Below, piece after piece: positions 12,501 through 26,800 of a stretch of 64,000 nucleotides of DNA. A program made the position numbers and the translations under genes. Under the pieces are notes generated by a model. The model was not told the DNA's origin and did no database searches. It saw only the letters and a list, made by a program, of their open reading frames with translations. The stretch covers positions 13,640,001 to 13,704,000 of the forward strand of contig OZ176052.1 of assembly GCA_964247055.1 (NCBI GenBank). The letters are read 5' to 3'. This stretch comes from Paragordius varius. Lineage: Eukaryota > Animalia > Nematomorpha. Each line of letters starts with the position of its first letter. Within the stretch, counting starts at the first letter, position 1.

Positions 12501-14785
12501 TGATGATGGAACTACCATAGGGCTACCCAAAAAAAATTATGGTGACATCACCTGATCAAATTTGGACTTTAGGTAGCCATTTTTATTTTTAAAATCGTAT
12601 AAAATAAATTTTTTAAATTTTTAAAAAATTCATAAAAATTACATTTATACTCCGATCTCGAAAATATTTAGGGTGATGATGGAACTACCATAGGGCTACG
12701 CAAAAAAAATTATGGTGACATCACCTGATCAAATTTGGATTTTAGGTAGCCATTTTTATTTTTAAAATCGTATAAAATAAATTTTTTAAATATTTAAAAA
12801 ATTCAAAAAAATTACATTTATACTCCGATCTCAATAATATTTGGGGTGATGATGGAACTACCATAGGGCTACCCAAAAAAAATTATGGCGACATCACCTG
12901 ATCTAATTTGGATTTTAGGTAGCCATTTTTATTTTTAAAATCGTATAAAATAAATTTTTAAATATTTAAAAAATTCATAAAAATTACATTTATACTCCGA
13001 TCTCGAAAATATTTGGGGTGATGATGGAACTACCATAGGGCTACCCAAAAAAAATTATAGTGACATCACCTGATCAAATTTGGATTTTAGGCAGCCATTT
13101 TTATTTTTAAAATCGTATAAAATAAATTTTTTAAATATTTAAAAAATTCATAAAAATTACATTTATAGTCCGATCACCAAAATATTTGGGGTGATGATGG
13201 AACAACCATAGGGCTACGCAAAAAAAATTATGGCGACATCACCTGATAAAATTTGGATTTTAGGTAGCCATTTTTATTTTTAAAATCGTATAAAATAAAT
13301 TTTTTAAATATTTAAAAAATTCAAAAAAATTACATTTATACTCCGATCTCGAAAATATTTGGGGTGCTGATGGAACTACCATAGGGCTACGCAAAAAATT
13401 TATGGTGACATCACCTGATCAAATTTGGATTTTAGGTAGCCATTTTTATTTTTAAAATCGTATGAAATAAATTTTTTAAATATTTAAAAAATTCATAAAA
13501 ATTACATTTAGAGTCCGATCTCGAAAATATTTGGGGTGATGATGGAACTACCATAGGGCTACCCAAAAAAAATTATGGTGACATCACCTGATTAAATTTG
13601 GATTTTAGGTAGCCATTTTTATTTTTAAAATCGTATAAAATAAATTTTTTAAATATTTAAAAAATTCATAAAAATTACATTTATAGTCCGATCTCGACAA
13701 TATTTGGGGTGATGATGGAATTACCATAGGGCTACCCAAAAAAAATTATGGTGACATCACCTGATCAAATTTGGATTTTAGGTAGCCATTTTTATTTTTA
13801 AAATCGTATAAAATAAATTTTTTAAATATTTAAAAAATTCATAAAAATTACATTTATACTCCGATCTCGAAAATATTTGGGGTGATGATGGAACTACCAT
13901 AGGGCTACCCAAAAAAAATTATAGTGACATCACCTGATCAAATTTGGATTTTAGGTAACCATTTTTATTTTTAATATCGTATAAAATAAATTTTTTAAAT
14001 ATTTAAAAAATTCATAAAAATTACATTTATAGTCCGATCCCCAAAATATTTGGGGTGATGATGGAACTACCATAGGGCTACCCAAAAAAAATTATAGTGA
14101 CATCACCTGATCAAATTTGGATTTTAGGTAGCCATTTTTATTTTTAAAATCGTATAAAATAAATTTTTTAAATATTTAAAAAATTCAAAAAAATTACATT
14201 TATACTCCGATCTCGAAAATATTTGGGGTGATGATGGAACTACCATAGGGCTACCCAAAAAAAATTATGGTGACATCACCTGATCAAATTTGGACTTTAG
14301 GTAGCCATTTTTATTTTTAAAATCGTATAAAATAAATTTTTAAATATTTAAAAAATTCATAAAAATTACATTTATACTCCGATCTCGAAAATATTTGGGG
14401 TGATGATGGAACTACCATAAGGCTACCCAAAAAAAATTATGGTGACATCACCTGATCAAATTTGGATTTTAGGTAACCATTTTTATTTTTAAAATCGTAT
14501 AAAATAAATTTTTTAAATATTTAAAAAATTCATAAAAATTACATTTATACTCCGATCTCGACAATATTTGGGGTGATGATGGAACTACCATAGGGCTACC
14601 CAAAAAAAATTATGGTGACATCACCTGATCAAATTTGGACTTTAGGTAGCCATTTTTATTTTTAAAATAGTATAAAATAAATTTTTAAATATTTAAAAAA
14701 TTCATAAAAATTACATTTATACTCCGATCTCGAAAATATTTGGGGTGATGATGGAACTACCATAGGGCTACCCAAAAAAAATTAT
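9579..14785 (+). repeat. Block duplication, copy 2 (of 1466-5635), with a net internal 8-monomer gain and lacking a 2-monomer local repeat present in copy 1
   Basis: The offset steps from 8113 to 9495 to 9150 bp (47, 55, 53 monomers) along the block. Confidence 0.88.
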
Positions 14786-16559
14786 GGCGACATCACCTGA
14801 TCAAATTTGGATTTTAGGTAGCCATTTTTATTTTTTAAATCGTATAAAATAAATTTTTAAATATTTAAAAAATTCATAAAAATTACATTTATACTCCGAT
14901 CTCGAAAATATTTGGGGTGATGATGGAACTACCATAGGGCTACCCAAAAAAAATATAGTGACATCACCTGATCAAATTTGGATTTTAGGCAGCCATTTTT
15001 ATTTTTAAAATCGTATAAAATAAATTTTTTAAATATTTAAAAAATTCATAAAAATTATATTTATAGTCCGATCCCCAAAATATTTGGGGTGATGATGGAA
15101 CAACCATAGGGCTACGCAAAAATAATTATGGCGACATCACCTGATCAAATTTGGATTTTAGGTAGCCATTTTTATTTTTAAAATCGTATAAAATAAATTT
15201 TTTAAATATTTAAAAAATTCAAAAAAATTACATTTATACTCCGATCTCGAAAATATTTGGGGTGATGATGGAACAACCATAGGGCTACGCAAAAAAAATT
15301 ATGGCGACATCACCTGATCAAATTTGGATTTTAGGTAGCCATTTTTATTTTTAAAATCGTATAAAATAAATTTTTTAAATATTTAAAAAATTCAAAAAAA
15401 TTACATTTATACTCCGATCTCGAAAATATTTGGGGTGATGATGGAACTACCATAGGGCTACCCAAAAAAAATTATGGTGACATCACCTGATCAAATTTGG
15501 ACTTTAGGTAGCCATTTTTATTTTTAAAATCGTATAAAATAAATTTTTTAAATATTTAAAAAATTCAAAAAAATTACATTTATACTCCGATCTCGAAAAT
15601 ATTTGGGGTGATGATGGAACTACCATAGGGCTACCCAAAAAAAATTATGGTGACATCACCTGATCAAATTTGGACTTTAGGTAGCCATTTTTATTTTTAA
15701 AATCGTATAAAATAAATTTTTTAAATTTTTAAAAAATTCATAAAAATTACATTTATACTCCGATCTCGAAAATATTTGGGGTGATGATGGAACTACCATA
15801 GGGCTACGCAAAAAAAATTATGGTGACATCACCTGATCAAATTTGGATTTTAGGTAGCCATTTTTATTTTTAAAATCGTATAAAATAAATTTTTTAAATA
15901 TTTAAAAAATTCATAAAAATTACATTTATAGTCCGATCCCCAAAATATTTGGGGTGATGATGGAACAACCATAGGGCTACGCAAAAAAAATTATGGCGAC
16001 ATCACCTGATCAAATTTGGATTTTAGGTAGCCATTTTTATGTTTAAAATCGTATAAAATAAATTTTTTAAATATTTAAAAAATTCAAAAAAATTACATTT
16101 ATACTCCGATCTCGAAAATATTTGGGGTGATGATGGAACTACCATAGGGCTACCCAAAAAAAATTATGGCGACATCACCTGATCAAATTTGGATTTTAGG
16201 TAGCCATTTTTATTTTTAAAATCGTATAAAATAAATTTTTAAATATTTAAAAAATTCATAAAAATTACATTTATACTCCGATCTCGAAAATATTTGGGGT
16301 GATGATGGAACTACCATAGGGCTACCCAAAAAAAATATAGTGACATCACCTGATCAAATTTGGATTTTAGGCAGCCATTTTTATTTTTAAAATCGTATAA
16401 AATAAATTTTTTAAATATTTAAAAAATTCATAAAAATTACATTTATAGTCCGATCACCAAAATATTTGGGGTGATGATGGAACAACCATAGGGCTACGCA
16501 AAAAAAATTATGGCAACATCACCTGATAAAATTTGGATTTTAGGTAGCCATTTTTATTT

Positions 16560-19500
16560 TTAAAATCGTATAAAATAAATTTTTTAAATATTTAAAAAAT
16601 TCAAAAAAATTACATTTATACTCCGATCTCGAAAATATTTGGGGTGATGATGGAACTACCATAGGGCTACGCAAAAAATTTATGGTGACATCACCTGATC
16701 AAATTTGGATTTTAGGTAGCCATTTTTATTTTTAAAATCGTATGAAATAAATTTTTTAAATATTTAAAAAATTCATAAAAATTACATTTATAGTCCGATC
16801 TCGAAAATATTTGGGGTGATGATGGAACTACCATAGGGCTACCCAAAAAAAATTATGGTGACATCACCTGATCAAATTTGGATTTTAGGTAGCCATTTTT
16901 ATTTTTAAAATCGTATAAAATAAATTTTTTAAATATTTAAAAAATTCATAAAAATTACATTTATAGTCCGATCTCGACAATATTTGGGGTGATGATGGAA
17001 TTACCATAGGGCTACCCAAAAAAAATTATGGTGACATCACCTGATCAAATTTGGATTTTAGGTAGCCATTTTTATTTTTAAAATCGTATAAAATAAATTT
17101 TTTAAATATTTAAAAAATTCATAAAAATTACATTTATACTCCGATCTCGAAAATATTTGGGGTGATGATGGAACTACCATAGGGCTACCCAAAAAAAATT
17201 ATAGTGACATCACCTGATCAAATTTGGATTTTAGGTAACCATTTTTATTTTTAATATCGTATAAAATAAATTTTTTAAATATTTAAAAAATTCATAAAAA
17301 TTACATTTATAGTCCGATCCCCAAAATATTTGGGGTGATGATGGAACTACCATAGGGCTACCCAAAAAAAATTATAGTGACATCACCTGATCAAATTTGG
17401 ATTTTAGGTAGCCATTTTTATTTTTGAAATCGTATAAAATAAATTTTTTAAATATTTAAAAAATTCATAAAAATTACATTTATAGTCCGATCTCGACAAT
17501 ATTTGGGGTGATGATGGAATTACCATAGGGCTACCCAAAAAAAATTATGATGACATCACCTGATCAAATTTGGATTTTAGGCAGCCATTTTTATTTTTAA
17601 AATCGTATAAAATAAATTTTTAAATATTTAAAAAATTCATAAAAATTACATTTATACTCCGATCTCGAAAATATTTGGGGTGATGATGGAACTACCATAG
17701 GGCTACCCAAAAAAAATTATAGTGACATCACCTGATCAAATTTGGATTTTAGGTAGCCATTTTTATTTTTAAAATCGTATAAAATAAATTTTTTAAATAT
17801 TTAAAAAATTCATAAAAATTACATTTATAGTCCGATCCCCAAAATATTTGGGGTGATGATGGAACAACCATAGGGCTACGCAAAAAAAATTATGGCGACA
17901 TCACCTGATCAAATTTGGATTTTAGGTAGCCATTTTTATTTTTAAAATCGTATAAAATAAATTTTTTAAATATTTAAAAAATTCAAAAAAATTACATTTA
18001 TACTCCGATCTCGAAAATATTTGGGGTGATGATGGAACTACCATAGGGCTACCCAAAAAAAATTATGGCGACATCACCTGATCAAATTTGGATTTTAGGT
18101 AGCCATTTTTATTTTTAAAATGGTATAAAATAAATTTTTAAATATTTAAAAAATTCATAAAAATTACATTTATACTCCGATCTCGAAAATATTTGGGGTG
18201 ATGATGGAACTACCATAGGGCTACCCAAAAAAAATTATGGCGACATCACCTGATAAAATTTGGATTTTAGGTAGCCATTTTTATTTTTAAAATCGTATAA
18301 AATAAATTTTTAAATATTTAAAAAATTCATAAAAATTACATTTATACTCCGATCTCGAAAATATTTGGGGTGATGATGGAACTACCATAGGGCTACCCAA
18401 AAAAAATATAGTGACATCACCTGATCAAATTTGGATTTTAGGCAGCCATTTTTATTTTTAAAATCGTATAAAATAAATTTTTTAAATATTTAAAAAATTC
18501 ATAAAAATTACATTTATAGTCCGATCTCGAAAATATTTGGGGTGATGATGGAACTACCATAGGGCTACCCAAAAAAAATTATGGTGACATCACCTGATCA
18601 AATTTGGATTTTAGGTAGCCATTTTTATTTTTAAAATCGTATAAAATAAATTTTTTAAATATTTAAAAAATTCATAAAAATTACATTTATAGTCCGATCC
18701 CCAAAATATTTGAGGTGATGATGGAACAACCATAGGGCTACGCAAAAAAAATTATGGCGACATCACCTGATCAAATTTGGATTTTAGGTAGCCATTTTTA
18801 TTTTTAAAATCGTATAAAATAAATTTTTTAAATATTTAAAAAATTCAAAAAAATTACATTTATACTCCGATCTCGAAAATATTTGGGGTGATGATGGAAC
18901 TACCATAGGGCTACGCAAAAAATTTATGGTGACATCACCTGATCAAATTTGGATTTTAGGTAGCCATTTTTATTTTTAAAATCGTATGAAATAAATTTTT
19001 TAAATATTTAAAAAATTCATAAAAATTACATTTATAGTCCGATCTCGAAAATATTTGGGGTGATGATGGAATTACCATAGGGCTACCCAAAAAAAATTAT
19101 GGTGACATCACCTGATCAAATTTGGATTTTAGGTAGCCATTTTTATTTTTAAAATCGTATAAAATAAATTTTTTAAATATTTAAAAAATTCATAAAAATT
19201 ACATTTATACTCCGATCTCGAAAATATTTGGGGTGATGATGGAACTACCATAGGGCTACCCAAAAAAAATTATAGTGACATCACCTGATCAAATTTGGAT
19301 TTTAGGTAACCATTTTTATTTTTAATATCGTATAAAATAAATTTTTTAAATATTTAAAAAATTCATAAAAATTACATTTATAGTCCGATCCCCAAAATAT
19401 TTGGGGTGATGATGGAACTACCATAGGGCTACCCAAAAAAAATTATAGTGACATCACCTGATCAAATTTGGATTTTAGGTAGCCATTTTTATTTTTAAAA

Positions 19501-20376
19501 TCGTATAAAATAAATTTTTTAAATATTTAAAAAATTCATAAAAATTACATTTATAGTCCGATCTCGACAATATTTGGGGTGATGATGGAATTACCATAGG
19601 GCTACCCAAAAAAAATTATGATGACATCACCTGATCAAATTTGGATTTTAGGCAGCCATTTTTATTTTTAAAATCGTATAAAATAAATTTTTAAATATTT
19701 AAAAAATTCATAAAAATTACATTTATACTCCGATCTCGAAAATATTTGGGGTGATGATGGAACTACCATAGGGCTACCCAAAAAAAATTATAGTGACATC
19801 ACCTGATCAAATTTGGATTTTAAGTAGCCATTTTTATTTTTAAAATCGTATAAAATAAATTTTTTAAATATTTAAAAAATTCATAAAAATTACATTTATA
19901 GTCCGATCCCCAAAATATTTGGGGTGATGATGGAACAACCATAGGGCTACGCAAAAAAAATTATGGCGACATCACCTGATCAAATTTGGATTTTAGGTAG
20001 CCATTTTTATTTTTAAAATCGTATAAAATAAATTTTTTAAATATTTAAAAAATTCAAAAAAATTACATTTATACTCCGATCTCGAAAATATTTGGGGTGA
20101 TGATGGAACTACCATAGGGCTACCCAAAAAAAATTATGGCGACATCACCTGATCAAATTTGGATTTTAGGTAGCCATTTTTATTTTTAAAATGGTATAAA
20201 ATAAATTTTTAAATATTTAAAAAATTCATAAAAATTACATTTATACTCCGATCTCGAAAATATTTGGGGTGATGATGGAACTACCATAGGGCTACCCAAA
20301 AAAAATTATGGCGACATCACCTGATAAAATTTGGATTTTAGGTAGCCATTTTTATTTTTAAAATCGTATAAAATAA
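16560..20376 (+). repeat. Block ~16560-18305 duplicated at ~18805-20376 (offset 2244 then 2071 bp, 13 then 12 monomers)
   Basis: GTATGAAA (16741/18985), TTATGATGAC (17549/19620), AAATGGTATA (18121/20192). Confidence 0.85.
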
Positions 20377-23300
20377 ATTTTTTAAATATTTAAAAAATTC
20401 AAAAAAATTACATTTATACTCCGATCTCGAAAATATTTGGGGTGATGATGGAACTACCATAGGGCTACCCAAAAAAAATTATGGTGACATCACCTGATCA
20501 AATTTGGACTTTAGGTAGCCATTTTTATTTTTAAAATCGTATAAAATAAATTTTTTAAATTTTTAAAAAATTCATAAAAATTACATTTATACTCCGATCT
20601 CGAAAATATTTGGGGTGATGATGGAACTACCATAGGGCTACGCAAAAAAAATTATGGTGACATCACCTGATCAAATTTGGATTTTAGGTAGCCATTTTTA
20701 TTTTTAAAATCGTATAAAATAAATTTTTAAATATTTTAAAAATTCATAAAAATTACATTTATAGTCCGATCTCGAAAATATTTGGGGTGATGATGGAACT
20801 ACCATAGGGCTACGCAAAAAAAATTATGGTGACATCACCTGATCAAATTTGGATTTTAGGTAGCCATTTTTATTTTTAAAATCGTATAAAATAAATTTTT
20901 TAAATATTTAAAAAATTCATAAAAATTACATTTATAGTCCGATCTCGACAATATTTGGGGTGATGATGGAATTACCATAGGGCTACCCAAAAAAAATTAT
21001 GGTGACATCACCTGATCAAATTTGGATTTTAGGTAGCCATTTTTATTTTTAAAATCGTATAAAATAAATTTTTTAAATATTTAAAAAATTCATAAAAATT
21101 ACATTTATACTCCGATCTCGAAAATATTTGGGGTGATGATGGAACTACCATAGGGCTACCCAAAAAAAATTATAGTGACATCACCTGATCAAATTTGGAT
21201 TTTAGGTAACCATTTTTATTTTTAATATCGTATAAAATAAATTTTTTAAATATTTAAAAAATTCATAAAAATTACATTTATAGTCCGATCCCCAAAATAT
21301 TTGGGGTGATGATGGAACTACCATAGGGCTACCCAAAAAAAATTATAGTGACATCACCTGATCAAATTTGGATTTTAGGTAGCCATTATTATTTTTAAAA
21401 TCGTATAAAATAAATTTTTTAAATATTTAAAAAATTCATAAAAATTACATTTATAGTCCGATCTCGACAATATTTGGGGTGATGATGGAATTACCATAGG
21501 GCTACCCAAAAAAAATTATGATGACATCACCTGATCAAATTTGGATTTTAGGCAGCCATTTTTATTTTTAAAATCGTATAAAATAAATTTTTAAATATTT
21601 AAAAAATTCATAAAAATTACATTTATACTCCGATCTCGAAAATATTTGGGGTGATGATGGAACTACCATAGGGCTACCCAAAAAAAATTATGGTGACATC
21701 ACCTGATCAAATTTGGATTTTAGGTAGCCATTATTATTTTTAAAATCGTATAAAATAAATTTTTTAAATATTTAAAAAATTCATAAAAATTACATTTATA
21801 GTCCGATCTCGACAATATTTGGGGTGATGATGGAATTACCATAGGGCTACCCAAAAAAAATTATGGTGACATCACCTGATCAAATTTGGATTTTAGGTAG
21901 CCATTTTTATTTTTAAAATCGTATAAAATAAATTTTTAAATATTTAAAAAATTCATAAAAATTACATTTATACTCCGATCTCGAAAATATTTGGGGTGAT
22001 GATGGAACTACCATAGGGCTACCCAAAAAAAATTATAGTGACATCACCTGATCAAATTTGGATTTTAGGTAGCCATTTTTATTTTTAAAATCGTATAAAA
22101 TAAATTTTTTAAATATTTAAAAAATTCATAAAAATTACATTTATAGTCCGATCCCCAAAATATTTGGGGTGATGATGGAACAACCATAGGGCTACGCAAA
22201 AAAAATTATGGCGACATCACCTGATCAAATTTGGATTTTAGGTAGCCATTTTTATTTTTAAAATCGTATAAAATAAATTTTTTAAATATTTAAAAAATTC
22301 AAAAAAATTACATTTATACTCCGATCTCGAAAATATTTGGGGTGATGATGGAACTACCATAGGGCTACCCAAAAAAAATTATGGCGACATCACCTGATCA
22401 AATTTGGATTTTAGGTAGCCATTTTTATTTTTAAAATCGTATAAAATAAATTTTTTAAATATTTAAAAAATTCATAAAAATTACATTTATAGTCCGATCC
22501 CCAAAATATTTGGGGTGATGATGGAACAAGCATAGGGCTACGCAAAAAAAATTATGGCGACATCACCTGATAAAATTTGGATTTTAGGTAGCCATTTTTA
22601 TTTTTAAAATCGTATAAAATAAATTTTTTAAATATTTAAAAAATTCAAAAAAATTACATTTATACTCCGATCTCGAAAATATTTGGGGTGATGATGGAAC
22701 TACCATAGGGCTACCCAAAAAAAATTATGGTGACATCACCTGATCAAATTTGGACTTTAGGTAGTCATTTTTATTTTTAAAATCGTATAAAATAAATTTT
22801 TTAAATTTTTAAAAAATTCATAAAAATTACATTTATACTCCGATCTCGAAAATATTTGGGGTGATGATGGAACTACCATAGGGCTACGCAAAAAAAATTA
22901 TGGTGACATCACCTGATCAAATTTGGATTTTAGGTAGCCATTTTTATTTTTAAAATCGTATAAAATAAATTTTTTAAATATTTAAAAAATTCATAAAAAT
23001 TACATTTATAGTCCGATCTCGACAATATTTGGGGTGATGATGGAATTACCATAGGGCTACCCAAAAAAAATTATGGTGACATCACCTGATCAAATTTGGA
23101 TTTTAGGTAGCCATTTTTATTTTTAAAATCGTATAAAATAAATTTTTTAAATATTTAAAAAATTCATAAAAATTACATTTATACTCCGATCTCGAAAATA
23201 TTTGGGGTTGTGATGGAACTACCATAGGGCTACCCAAAAAAAATTATAGTGACATCACCTGATCAAATTTGGATTTTAGGTAACCATTTTTATTTTTAAT

Positions 23301-25039
23301 ATCGTATAAAATAAATTTTTTAAATATTTAAAAAATTCATAAAAATTACATTTATAGTGCGATCCCCAAAATATTTGGGGTGATGATGGAACTACCATAG
23401 GGCTACCCAAAAAAAATAATAGTGACATCACCTGATCAAATTGGATTTTAGGTAGCCATTTTTATTTTTAAAATCGTATAAAATAAATTATTTAAATATT
23501 TAAAAAATTCATAAAAATTACATTTATAGTCCGATCCCCAAAATATTTGGGGTGATGATGGAACTACCATAGGGCTACCCAAAAAAAATTATGGTGACAT
23601 CACCTGATCAAATTTGGATTTTAGGTAGCCATTTTTATTTTTAAAATCGTATAAAATAAATTTTTTAAATATTTAAAAAATTCATAAAAATTACATTTAT
23701 ACTCCGATCTCGAAAATATTTGGGGTGATGATGGAACTACCATAGGGCTACCCAAAAAAAATTATAGTGACATCACCTGATCAAATTTGGATTTTAGGTA
23801 GCCATTTTTATTTTTAAAATCGTATAAAATAAATTTTTTAAATATTTAAAAAATTCATAAAAATTACATTTATAGTCCGATCCCCAAAGTATTTGGGGTG
23901 ATGATGGAACTACCATAGGGCTACGCAAAAAAAATTATGGTGACATCACCTGATCAAATTTGGATTTTAGGTAGCCATTTTTATTTTTAAAATCGTATAA
24001 AATAAATTTTTTAAATATTAAAAAAATTCATAAAAATTACATTTATAGTCCGATCTCAAAAATATTTGGGGTGATGATGGAACTACCATAGGGCTACCCA
24101 AAAAAAATTATGGTGACATCACCTGATCAAATTTGGATTTTAGGTAGCCATTTTTATTTTTAAAATCGTATAAAATAAATTTTTTATATATTTAAAAAAT
24201 TCATAAAAATTACATTTATAGTCCGATCTCGACAATATTTGGGGTGATGATGGAATTACCATAGGGCTACCCAAAAAAAATTATGGTGACATCACCTGAT
24301 CAAATTTGGATTTTAGGTAGCCATTTTTATTTTTAAAATCGTATAAAATAAATTTTTTAAATATTTAAAAAATTCATAAAAATTACATTTATACTCCGAT
24401 CTCGAAAATATTTGGGATGATGATGGAACTACCATAGGGCTACCCAAAAAAAATAATAGTGACATCACCTGATCAAATTGGATTTTAGGTAGCCATTTTT
24501 ATTTTTAAAATCGTATAAAATAAATTATTTAAATATTTAAAAAATTCATAAAAATTACATTTATAGTCCGATCCCCAAAATATTTGGGGTGATGATGGAA
24601 CTACCATAGGGCTACCCAAAAAAAATTATGGTGACATCACCTGATCAAATTTGGATTTTAGGTAGCCATTTTTATTTTTAAAATCGTATAAAATAAATTT
24701 TTTAAATATTTAAAAAATTCATAAAAATTACATTTATATTCCGATCTCGAAAATATTTTAGGTGATGATGGAACTACCATAGGGCTACCCAAAAAAAATT
24801 ATAGTGACATCACCTGATCAAATTTGGATTTTAGGTAGCCATTTTTATTTTTAAAATCGTATAAAATAAATTTTTTAAATATTTAAAAAATTCATAAAAA
24901 TTACATTTATACTCCGATCTCGACAATATTTGGGGTGATGATGGAACTACCATAGGGCTACCCAAAAAAAATTATGGTGACATCACCTGATCAAATTTGG
25001 ATTTTAGGTAGCCATTTTTATTTTTAAAATCGTATAAAA

Positions 25040-26800
25040 TAAATTATTTAAATATTTAAAAAATTCATAAAAATTACATTTATAGTCCGATCCCCAAAAT
25101 ATTTGGGGTGTTGATGGAACTACCATAGGGCTACCCAAAAAATTATGGTGACATCACCTAATCAAATTTGGATTTTAGGTAGCCATTTTTATTTTTAAAA
25201 TCGTATAAAATAAATTTTTTAAATATTTAAAAAATTCATAAAAATTACATTTATAGTCCGATCCCCAAAGTATTTGGGGTGATGATGGAACTACCATAGG
25301 GCTACCCAAAAAAAATTATGGCGACATCACCTGATCAAATTTGGATTTTAGGTAGCCATTTTTATTTTTAAAATCGTATAAAATAAATTTTTTAAATATT
25401 TAAAAAATTCATAAAAATTACATTTATAGTCCGATCTCGACAATATTTGGGGTGATGATGGAATTACCATAGGGCTACCCAAAAAAAATTATGGTGACAT
25501 CACCTGATCAAATTTGGATTTTAGGTAGCCATTTTTATTTTTAAAATCGTATAAAATAAATTTTTTAAATATTTAAAAAATTCATAAAAATTACATTTAT
25601 ACTCCGATCTCGAAAATATTTGGGGTGATGATGGAACTACCTAGGGCTACCCAAAAAAAATTATAGTGACATCACCTGATCAAATTTGGATTTTAGGTAA
25701 CCATTTTTATTTTTAATATCGTATAAAATAAATTTTTTAAATATTTAAAAAATTCATAAAAATTACATTTATAGTCCGATCCCCAAAATATTTGGGGTGA
25801 TGATGGAACTACCATAGGGCTACCCAAAAAAAATAATAGTGACATCACCTGATCAAATTGGATTTTAGGTAGCCATTTTTATTTTTAAAATCGTATAAAA
25901 TAAATTATTTAAATATTTAAAAAATTCATAAAAATTACATTTATAGTCCGATCCCCAAAATATTTGGGGTGATGATGGAACTACCATAGGGCTACCCAAA
26001 AAAAATTATGGTGACATCACCTAATCAAATTTGGATTTTAGGTAGCCATTTTTATTTTTAAAATCGTATAAAATAAATTTTTTAAATATTTAAAAAATTC
26101 ATAAAAATTACATTTATAGTCCGATCCCCAAAGTATTTGGGGTGATGATGGAACTACCATAGGGCTACCCAAAAAAAATTATGGCGACATCACCTGATCA
26201 AATTTGGATTTTAGGTAGCCATTTTTATTTTTAAAATCGTATAAAATAAATTTTTTAAATATTTAAAAAATTCATAAAAATTACATTTATAGTCCGATCT
26301 CGACAATATTTGGGGTGATGATGGAATTACCATAGGGCTACCCAAAAAAAATTATGGTGACATCACCTGATCAAATTTGGATTTTAGGTAGCCATTTTTA
26401 TTTTTAAAATCGTATAAAATAAATTTTTTAAATATTTAAAAAATTCATAAAAATTACATTTATACTCCGATCTCGAAAATATTTGGGGTGATGATGGAAC
26501 TACCTAGGGCTACCCAAAAAAAAATTATAGTGACATCACCTGATCAAATTTGGATTTTAGGTAACCATTTTTATTTTTAATATCGTATAAAATAAATTTT
26601 TTAAATATTTAAAAAATTCATAAAAATTACATTTATAGTCCGATCCCCAAAATATTTGGGGTGATGATGGAACTACCATAGGGCTACCCAAAAAAAATAA
26701 TAGTGACATCACCTGATCAAATTGGATTTTAGGTAGCCATTTTTATTTTTAAAATCGTATAAAATAAATTATTTAAATATTTAAAAAATTCATAAAAATT
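25040..26800 (+). repeat. Tandem 5-monomer higher-order unit, 2 copies (period 863 bp)
   Basis: CACCTAATC (25159/26022), CTACCTAGGG 1-bp deletion (25641/26504), CCCAAAGTATTT and AATAATAGTG...AAATTGG recur in the same order. Confidence 0.88.
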
